Shown piece by piece: positions 9,551-16,385 of a stretch of DNA of 64,000 bases. The stretch comes from Actinomycetota bacterium (GTDB lineage Bacteria; Actinomycetota; Actinomycetes; S36-B12). Where the stretch lies: positions 65,659 to 129,658 of the forward strand of contig CANFQC010000001.1 of the NCBI GenBank assembly GCA_947449035.1, in the 5' to 3' direction. The notes beneath the pieces are model-generated. The model was not told the DNA's origin. It searched no databases and saw only the letters and a list, made by a program, of their open reading frames with translations. Position 1 is the stretch's first letter. Each line of letters begins with the position of its first letter. The translations under genes were made by a program, and so were the position numbers.

Positions 9551-9642
9551 GATGAACTCCTTCAATGCCGGGGCATCTCCCCAGCGGCTAGAGGGTATCT
9601 ACCCCGTGGACGTCACCCTCAAACCTGTGGCCTACTTAGTCC

Positions 9643-10437
9643 GTGAGTTCACTACGGTTTCGCTTTCTGGCCATGATCCTGGTCGGATCTGCCGTATTGC
9701 TCTGCTCTCCCGCGGCCGGCGCTGCCGGTCAGGTGGTTGACGCCGGCGGCCAACGCCAGTGGATCGACTGCCAGGGCATCGGCTCACCCACAGTCGTCAT
9801 CAGTTCAGGGCTCAATGCTGATCATCGAATGTGGAATCGGGTGCTTCCGGCATTCCGAAAGCTCACTCGAACCTGCATCTATGACCGTCCAGGGCTAGGC
9901 AGCAGTCCGTCGCGAAGCGGATCGAAGGTCACCGATGCCGGGAAGCAGGCCTCCGAGCTCCGGTCGCTTCTCACCACTGTCGGCGAGAGTGGCCCATACA
10001 TCCTCGTCGCTCACTCCTACGCCGGGCTGATAGCTCGGGCGTTCGCCGCTGAGAATGGGTCTGATCTCGCAGGGATGCTTCTCATCGACGCGGTCTTCCC
10101 CGGCATCCATCGCACCTACACCGCGTCGTACCGAGGCAACTGGCATGAGGGTGGAACGACCATCAACATGAACGCGAGTGAGAGGGCGACGAAGGGCGGA
10201 CCCGATCTCGGTTCACTGCCTCTGATCGTGCTGACCGCAGGCACCGCTCACCCCACTGGCGAGAATGACAAGCGCTGGAACGCTGAACAAGCCAAGGCCG
10301 CAGGTCTCTCGACAAATTCACTGCACTGGTTCGATGCGAAGTCAGGTCACGTGATTCAGCAGGATGATCCGACCCGAGTGATTGCTGCGGTGCGACAACT
10401 CGTCTCGGCTGCTCGCACCGGCACATTGCTGAACTAG
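9643..10437 (+). CDS. secreted alpha/beta-hydrolase
   Basis: N-terminal signal peptide. Nucleophile elbow VAHSYAG. C-terminal SGHVIQQD (catalytic His region). Confidence 0.7.
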   Translation: MSSLRFRFLAMILVGSAVLLCSPAAGAAGQVVDAGGQRQWIDCQGIGSPTVVISSGLNADHRMWNRVLPAFRKLTRTCIYDRPGLGSSPSRSGSKVTDAGKQASELRSLLTTVGESGPYILVAHSYAGLIARAFAAENGSDLAGMLLIDAVFPGIHRTYTASYRGNWHEGGTTINMNASERATKGGPDLGSLPLIVLTAGTAHPTGENDKRWNAEQAKAAGLSTNSLHWFDAKSGHVIQQDDPTRVIAAVRQLVSAARTGTLLN

Positions 10438-10883
10438 ATCTCGGCACCTTCATCGAGCGCCGCGAGAAGTTCGACCCGGCTTTCGTGACGGCCACCTTCA
10501 AACTCGGTGCTCAGAAAGACTCGAAGTGCCTCGATTGCCGCCGCTGGCTCAGTCACCCGCTCGCCGAAGCAGGCGACATTCGCGTTGTTGTGACGTCGGG
10601 TCATTTCGGCATCCCAGTTGTCGCGAATGACGCCACCGCGAATGCCCGTGATCTTGTTCGCCGCCATGCAGATGCCCTGGCCGCTGCCGCACACAAGGAC
10701 TCCGAAATCAGCGTTACCGGCTGAGACGACCTCCCCCACCCTCGCACCGAAGACCGGGTAGTCGACACGCTCATCACTGAAGGCGCCGCAATCGTTGACG
10801 TCATATCCCTCGGACTCAAGCCACTCCTTGAGTGCGGTCTTGAGCGCAAAGCCCGCGTGGTCACAGCCGATGGCGATTCTCAT
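10434..10883 (-). CDS. rpiB: ribose-5-phosphate isomerase B
   Basis: MRIAIGCDHAGFALK, LVCGSGQGICMAANK, RRHNNANV motifs of RpiB/LacA/LacB. ATG at 10883 with an AAAGGAA SD. Confidence 0.9.
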   Translation of the reverse strand: MRIAIGCDHAGFALKTALKEWLESEGYDVNDCGAFSDERVDYPVFGARVGEVVSAGNADFGVLVCGSGQGICMAANKITGIRGGVIRDNWDAEMTRRHNNANVACFGERVTEPAAAIEALRVFLSTEFEGGRHESRVELLAALDEGAEI

Positions 10884-10901
10884 GGGATTTCCTTTCACGA
10901 T

Positions 10902-10976
10902 TGCGTCACCCCATTGTGACGCAGCATCTTCGGTGAATCGCGGCGACTCCCGATCGCTGACGCAATACTGGCGTCA
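10902..10976. repeat. two inverted repeats sharing half-site TGACGCA in the rpiB/rbsK divergent region (candidate operators)
   Basis: TGCGTCAC-N6-GTGACGCA at 10902-10923. TGACGC-N7-GCGTCA at 10958-10976, the latter ending in the A of the rbsK ATG. Confidence 0.35.
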
Positions 10977-11887
10977 TGGGAACAGTCGTAGTCGTGGGCA
11001 GCCTCAATGTCGACCTGGTAGTTGGTCTTGACCGAATGCCTGATCCCGGCGAGACAGTCATGGGTCGCACCCTCGATCAGCATCCCGGCGGCAAGGGGCT
11101 CAATCAGGCAGTTGCCGCAGCCCGCCTTGGCGCAAAGGTGCAGATGATTGGTGCCGTGGGTTCGGATGACTCTGGTTCTTGGCTACGAGGCATTGTCACG
11201 AGCGAGGGGATCGGCGACTCGGGCGTTCGCACCGTCGACGGCCCCTCTGGTACCGCACTAATCGAGGTCGATCGCACGGGCATGAATCGCATCGTGGTCG
11301 TACCGGGAGCCAACGGAATGGTCTCGCCTGATGACGTCGCCGCCGCGCTGTCAGAAATCGATGACGTCACCATCGTCCTCACCCAAGGGGAGGTGCCACT
11401 TGCCTCGATCGAGGCAGCGATGGTCGTGGGTAGGGCCAAGGGCGCCCGCACGATCCTGAACCCGGCACCAGTGCTCGACTACCCCGTCGAACTCTTGCGC
11501 GCCGTCGACATCGTGCTGCCTAACGAGCACGAGGCTGCACAGCTCACTGGCCTGGACACATCAACACTCGAAGGTGCTCAGGCCGCTGCCGCACACCTGG
11601 TGGCATGTGGCGTGACCTGCGCAATCATCACGCGCGGCGGCGATGGTGCAATCTGGGCCACGGCCGAGTCATCTGGCAACGTTCCTGCCTTTACCGTCAC
11701 ACCCATCGACACTGTTGCTGCAGGCGATGGTTTCTGCGGTGGCCTGGTCGCCGCGCTTGCAGAAGGCCACGACCTCGACACTGCACTTCGATGGGCCGCT
11801 GCTGCAGGTGGCCTCGCGACGACGAAGGCAGGAGCCGTTCCGTCACTTCCTCACAGAACTGAACTCGATACCCTCGTTAATTCGTAG
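10976..11887 (+). CDS. rbsK: ribokinase
   Basis: GSLNVDLV, GGKGLNQAVAAARLG, C-terminal DTVAAGDGFCG and GA..S motifs of PfkB-family ribokinases. Confidence 0.9.
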   Translation: MGTVVVVGSLNVDLVVGLDRMPDPGETVMGRTLDQHPGGKGLNQAVAAARLGAKVQMIGAVGSDDSGSWLRGIVTSEGIGDSGVRTVDGPSGTALIEVDRTGMNRIVVVPGANGMVSPDDVAAALSEIDDVTIVLTQGEVPLASIEAAMVVGRAKGARTILNPAPVLDYPVELLRAVDIVLPNEHEAAQLTGLDTSTLEGAQAAAAHLVACGVTCAIITRGGDGAIWATAESSGNVPAFTVTPIDTVAAGDGFCGGLVAALAEGHDLDTALRWAAAAGGLATTKAGAVPSLPHRTELDTLVNS

Positions 11888-13912
11888 TCACGGACGCGGC
11901 AAAGCAGTCGTGATCGTCGTGCCTCCGCGAGTGATGGTGACCGAATCACCATTGATCGTGACCGGAGTCGACTCGGCTGCCGTGCGCGGAACGAAGACAG
12001 TCACTTCCGTGTGAGACGACGCGCCCTTCGGAAGTCGTAGCTCACGCATCAGAACAGCACCTTGAAGTCGTTCACCCCAGGCGCCGGTGAACCAGCCCAC
12101 ACTTGACCCCGGCTTGGCTGTCTTGACCGACCAACCGCCGTCACCGGCCTTCACGACGTCAAGACGCTTGTCCTCCTTGGCAAGTGCGAACCCGCCGTTG
12201 ACTTGCTCGGCACCGATGCCGGGTGGCAGTTGCCAGCGTTGGGTCACGACACGATTGCGCTTTGAGCTCTTGCCCGCATTAACCTGATCGGTCACGATCA
12301 CCGCATCAATCGAGCGCACATAGGTGACGCAACGCGTGACCACGACATTGCTCCAGGTGCTGTCGCGAACACACGTGTTGTCGTTGCCACCCTTAGGCCA
12401 GTCGGAAGTCGTGACGAGTTTGGTGACCTTGTTCGACTTGGTGCGTGCCACATTACTTACAGTGAAAGAGGAATGGGCATTGCGCGATCGCATGAAGATT
12501 CGAAGCTCACTGCCGTTCTCATACCGATACGGACCTGGATCCCCTATCCACTCGACACCGCGCGAATACAAGGTGAGCGCGGCACCGTCGTCATGCGCGT
12601 GCGGAGTGTTGGGACGTTGCGAGGAATAGCGCAGTGAATAGAACGTGTCAGCCCCACCTGGCTGCGGATTCCATCCGGCGCGCGCGAAGACATAACCACC
12701 GTCGTAGTACGAGTAGAGCATTGACGGAGGCGCACCGGCTGAGCCCGCACTGCGCAACCAGTCCGCGCGCGGGTCTCCCGGGGCAAAGGAATTGGAAAGG
12801 CGCTGGTTGATGGTGTCACCGATCGATACCAGCTTGTAGTCCGGGCGGGTTGCTGTAGAGACGAAGTCGTACAGCCGACCCTTGAGCTCAGTAACCTCAC
12901 CCGCCGGAATACCGCATGTCGCGGCAGCACGCTCCACGTCTTGCAGGATGTTCTCGTCATAGATCGCGTAGCCGGGTGAGCCCTCGACATCGCTTCCATC
13001 ACCTTGAATGATTCCGCGCGTGACTCCGAGAACATTGCCCCAGGCGCGGTCCCGGTTCGCAGTGTCACCGATGGAGCAGAAGACTCCCAGCGCACCGGTC
13101 TGTCGGATCAGGTCAGTGTTGTTCGCGCCGATGACTGCATTTCCCTGCGAGTTTCGCGAGCCGATCATCGTGCGCGCATCTCGGAGCGCTGCATTGACTA
13201 TCAGTGGATCGCCCAGCGTCTGAGCTGCGCAGAGAAGTGTCTGCGTACGAAGGCCTCCGTAGATCGAGCCATCGACCCAGTAAGCCCTCTTGCCTTGATG
13301 ATCGTTGATCCAATACGTGAGCAGCGTGCGAAAGCGATCGATCATTGGCTGGCTCTGCACCTGAACGCCGCGGTAGAGCAGCGGCAGAGCCCAATTCAGT
13401 GAGTTCACGTGACGGTCACCGGACGTGTCCGTGCCTGCCTGCGGCTGCCAGTTCGGATGCTCGGCGAGCAAGTAGGTGCCACCTTGCGACATGGTCGCTT
13501 TTCCACCCATCAGATTCCAGGCGGCGGTCTTGACCGAATTCGTTGGTCCCGGGGGAAGCAGCGCTCGGCACCAGCTGCCGATCTCCGTCGGCAAAGGCAC
13601 GGGGGTTGACGTTGGGGTTGCCGCCGGTGAGGAAGCCGGGCTCGCCGAATCAGCCGCGGAGGCCGTGGGCGACGTGCTGGGTGACGTTGTCGGTGAGACC
13701 GACGGCGTGGCACTTGCCGTCGCGCTTGGCGTCGAACTCGCACTTGCCGTGGGGGTTGGGGTGGCTGATGCAGTGGGATCCGCTGCCGGGACCACTGCTT
13801 CGGCCGGGTTTGCCAGACCGGAGAGCAGGATGCCTGCGCCCGCCACGGCCACTACGGAGGTCGTCACAGCAGTACGCACAGAACGCCTCACCAGCCACAT
13901 GCGTTCCATCAT
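11888..13912 (-). CDS. secreted heparinase II/III-like polysaccharide lyase
   Basis: Signal peptide (MMERMWLVRRS..LANPAEA), a roughly 60-aa S/T/P/A linker, and the C-terminal Hepar_II_III signature HAHDDGAALTLYSRGVEWIGDPGPYRY. The 108-codon upstream extension in the track overlaps the neighbouring gene and is rejected. Confidence 0.75.
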   Translation of the reverse strand: MMERMWLVRRSVRTAVTTSVVAVAGAGILLSGLANPAEAVVPAADPTASATPTPTASASSTPSATASATPSVSPTTSPSTSPTASAADSASPASSPAATPTSTPVPLPTEIGSWCRALLPPGPTNSVKTAAWNLMGGKATMSQGGTYLLAEHPNWQPQAGTDTSGDRHVNSLNWALPLLYRGVQVQSQPMIDRFRTLLTYWINDHQGKRAYWVDGSIYGGLRTQTLLCAAQTLGDPLIVNAALRDARTMIGSRNSQGNAVIGANNTDLIRQTGALGVFCSIGDTANRDRAWGNVLGVTRGIIQGDGSDVEGSPGYAIYDENILQDVERAAATCGIPAGEVTELKGRLYDFVSTATRPDYKLVSIGDTINQRLSNSFAPGDPRADWLRSAGSAGAPPSMLYSYYDGGYVFARAGWNPQPGGADTFYSLRYSSQRPNTPHAHDDGAALTLYSRGVEWIGDPGPYRYENGSELRIFMRSRNAHSSFTVSNVARTKSNKVTKLVTTSDWPKGGNDNTCVRDSTWSNVVVTRCVTYVRSIDAVIVTDQVNAGKSSKRNRVVTQRWQLPPGIGAEQVNGGFALAKEDKRLDVVKAGDGGWSVKTAKPGSSVGWFTGAWGERLQGAVLMRELRLPKGASSHTEVTVFVPRTAAESTPVTINGDSVTITRGGTTITTALPRP

Positions 13913-13934
13913 CACCCGAGGTACGGGGGGTGGG

Positions 13935-14864
13935 TCAAATCGCGGAAACCTCGGCGAGTCGGTCAATTCGAGTGAAGGCAGCCTGCTGACTCGGGGAATG
14001 GGGTCCCAACACGAGGCCGAGGGTGCCCAGCATGGCGCCGACAGCGGGCTTGGCCAAGGTAAGCGGCACATTCGGCAGTTTGAGCAATGACCGATGCTCA
14101 GCGGGCATCGTGGCCACGGCGCCGGCGAAGAGAAGTGCGTAGGGAGGGCGCGCCGGAATGGGCATCGGCACATTGCGAATGAAGTCGACGGTGCGGTCTG
14201 CCGCCTCTCCCCCGCGCAGATCAGGCAGGAAGTCACGCAGCTGCTGCTCGAGCTCCGCCACTGATCGCGGCGGGTTCACCACACCGACAAGCTCACCGGC
14301 CTTCGCCCACTCGCGCACATAGGCGTCGTCGCCACCAGGGATAGATCCGCCCCAGACTCGATGAGTGGCCAGGAAGGAATCGGTAAACGCAACATGCACC
14401 CAGCGCAGTAGATCAGGATCCATTGCCGAATATGCACGCTCAGCGCCATCAGCGTCATACGTGCCCGACACCTTGCGATGCATCCCGCGAACGCGAGCGC
14501 ATTCACGATCCGCCGCAGTCGTGTCGCCGAAGGTCACGACGGTAAGCCACTGGGTGGTACCAGCGAGTCGACCGAGCGCATCCGCCTCGTAGCGCGAGTG
14601 CTGCATCACGCCAGCGAGTGCCCCCGGATGAAGTGCCTGCATAAGAAGAGCACGAATTCCGCCGACGATGGTCGGCAGCGAGCCGTGTACCGCCCAGGCC
14701 GCCGAGCCTGGCCCGAAGTAGCCGATGTCATCACCATCGGCCATGCCGCGCACCCAGTCCGGTGCTCCCGTGGGATCCCCCGAGACGATGCGACGAAAAC
14801 CAGCCGCGATCTGCTCGCGAGTGGAATCCAGCGCACCGCGTGGAGATGGAAGTGAGGGAAGCAC
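13935..14864 (-). CDS. MpaB/DUF2236-family oxygenase
   Basis: GPGSAAWAVHG..GGIRALLMQALHP..RLAGTTQWL..RVRGMHRKV pattern characteristic of DUF2236 (MpaB / rubber-oxygenase-like). Confidence 0.7.
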   Translation of the reverse strand: MLPSLPSPRGALDSTREQIAAGFRRIVSGDPTGAPDWVRGMADGDDIGYFGPGSAAWAVHGSLPTIVGGIRALLMQALHPGALAGVMQHSRYEADALGRLAGTTQWLTVVTFGDTTAADRECARVRGMHRKVSGTYDADGAERAYSAMDPDLLRWVHVAFTDSFLATHRVWGGSIPGGDDAYVREWAKAGELVGVVNPPRSVAELEQQLRDFLPDLRGGEAADRTVDFIRNVPMPIPARPPYALLFAGAVATMPAEHRSLLKLPNVPLTLAKPAVGAMLGTLGLVLGPHSPSQQAAFTRIDRLAEVSAI

Positions 14865-14918
14865 CCCTTAAGAGTGCCTGCGAACAGTGCTTTCCGCAAT
14901 TGGGGCGTCGGAAACGAA

Positions 14919-14962
14919 GCAGCGCGCCCGAGTCGGGAGGAGGACCGACCGGGGCGCGCTGC
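14919..14962 (-). terminator. long GC hairpin downstream of the HtrA-like gene
   Basis: 11-bp outer stem GCAGCGCGCCC/GGGCGCGCTGC enclosing an inner GTCGG/CCGAC stem. On the minus strand it is followed by CTTCGTTTCC. Confidence 0.5.
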
Positions 14963-14974
14963 TGGCTTGCGTGG

Positions 14975-16144
14975 CTAGCTCTTCGGAGCCGACTTGAGAG
15001 TCAGCGGGAGCTTGACCACCTGGTCGCCGTCGCGGACGACAGTCAAGGTGATGGTGTCGCCAGGCGCATGTGAGCGGATAGTGACAACCAGTGCGGTGGA
15101 ATCGGCAACCTTCTTGCCGTCGATCTTGGTGATGACGTCACCGGACTGCATTCCTGCAGCTTCAGCGGCGCCGCCCGAAGTGACCTCGCCGACCTTGGCG
15201 CCGTCACCGGTGTAACCCGTGTCGAGCTGTACGCCGATAACCGGAGTGCTCGCAGAGCCGTTCTTAATCAGCTCATTCGACACACGCTTCACCGTGTCGA
15301 TGGGGATCGCGAAGCCGAGGCCGATGGAGCCGGCCTGCTGACCCGCAGCAGCGCCCATGCTCGCGATTGCCGAGTTCACGCCGATTACTTCGCCTGAAGC
15401 GTTGATCAGCGGGCCACCGGAGTTGCCGGGGTTGATCGCAGCGTCAGTCTGGATCGCGTTAATGAATGAGGTGTCGCCGCCACCCTCGCCGGCAGTGACC
15501 GGACGATCAAGTGCGCTGACGATGCCGGTCGTGACAGTGCCTTGCAGTCCGAGCGGTGAACCGATTGCAATGACGCTCTGGCCCACCTTCAGGTCATGCG
15601 AGACGCCCATCGGGACAGCCTGGAGACCGGTGCGGTCAACCTTGACGACCGCGATGTCGTAATCGGGGCTTGCACCGACGAGTGTGCCCGTTGCAGTCTT
15701 GCCATCGGCGAAGGTGACGCTGATGCTGCCCTCCTTCCCTGCTGGGCCGGCCACGTGATTGTTCGTCACGATGTAGCCATCGGGACTGATGACAAAGCCC
15801 GAACCGGTTCCTGAGCCATTGGCACCGGTCACATCGAGCTGTACGACTGCCGGCTGCACGGCGGCGGCGAGGTCGACGACTGAGCTGCCTGCGGGCACGG
15901 AGATGTTGCCACCTTCTGCCGTGGAAGCAGTGGCCACGGCTGAGGCCGAGTTGTTGTTGGCAACGGTGTAGCCGACGGCACCGCCAACGGCACCACCAAG
16001 CAGCGCGGTTACTGCTGCGCCACCGATGACGGCGGCACCGATACGGGACTTCTTCGCCGCGGGTGCGGAGTAGTGGGGAGCGGGCTGCGCGATTGGCGCC
16101 TGATCAGCCTGGGGCATGCCCGCGGGGGTCATGGGGGTGGTCAC
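14975..16144 (-). CDS. HtrA/DegP-family trypsin-like serine protease with C-terminal PDZ domain
   Basis: Membrane anchor, VTNNHV (His), DIAVVKV (Asp), GNSGGPL (Ser), PDZ segment GDVITKIDGKKV. GTG start with an AAGGAG SD. Confidence 0.9.
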   Translation of the reverse strand: MTTPMTPAGMPQADQAPIAQPAPHYSAPAAKKSRIGAAVIGGAAVTALLGGAVGGAVGYTVANNNSASAVATASTAEGGNISVPAGSSVVDLAAAVQPAVVQLDVTGANGSGTGSGFVISPDGYIVTNNHVAGPAGKEGSISVTFADGKTATGTLVGASPDYDIAVVKVDRTGLQAVPMGVSHDLKVGQSVIAIGSPLGLQGTVTTGIVSALDRPVTAGEGGGDTSFINAIQTDAAINPGNSGGPLINASGEVIGVNSAIASMGAAAGQQAGSIGLGFAIPIDTVKRVSNELIKNGSASTPVIGVQLDTGYTGDGAKVGEVTSGGAAEAAGMQSGDVITKIDGKKVADSTALVVTIRSHAPGDTITLTVVRDGDQVVKLPLTLKSAPKS

Positions 16145-16329
16145 GATGATCTCCTTCTGTGCCGGCCGGTGCCGACTACAACTATTCGAACCCAGATTCC
16201 CCTCTGCGTCTTCCTCTCAAACCCGAGTCGAGGCAGACCTAACCCTCTCCTTACATGGGCCTGACCCGATCCAGTCAGATAGCCGTCTGCGGCGGGAACT
16301 TCCCAGGGAGCGGCAGAGTCGAAAGGGGT

Positions 16330-16341
16330 GGTCAATTGACC
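16330..16341. repeat. 12-bp perfect palindrome GGTCAATTGACC upstream of the S8 peptidase gene
   Basis: Read directly; 45 nt upstream of the ATG at 16386. Contains a TTGACC (-35-like) hexamer on both strands. Confidence 0.3.
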
Positions 16342-16385
16342 GAGCAAAGGTGAGGCATCCTTATCCAGTGAGTACAGGGAGCGGC

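Noticed and set aside
13913-14236. 108-codon N-terminal extension of the lyase ORF. Analogous extensions occur at 16116-16385, 28003-28269, 40342-40500, 41777-41857, 44547-44633, 52165-52356 and 21529-21627.
   Set aside because: The extensions overlap the neighbouring gene or a divergent promoter. They are Cys/Arg/Pro-rich nonsense and precede an internal start with an SD, a signal peptide or a start-stop overlap that fits the family's normal N-terminus.
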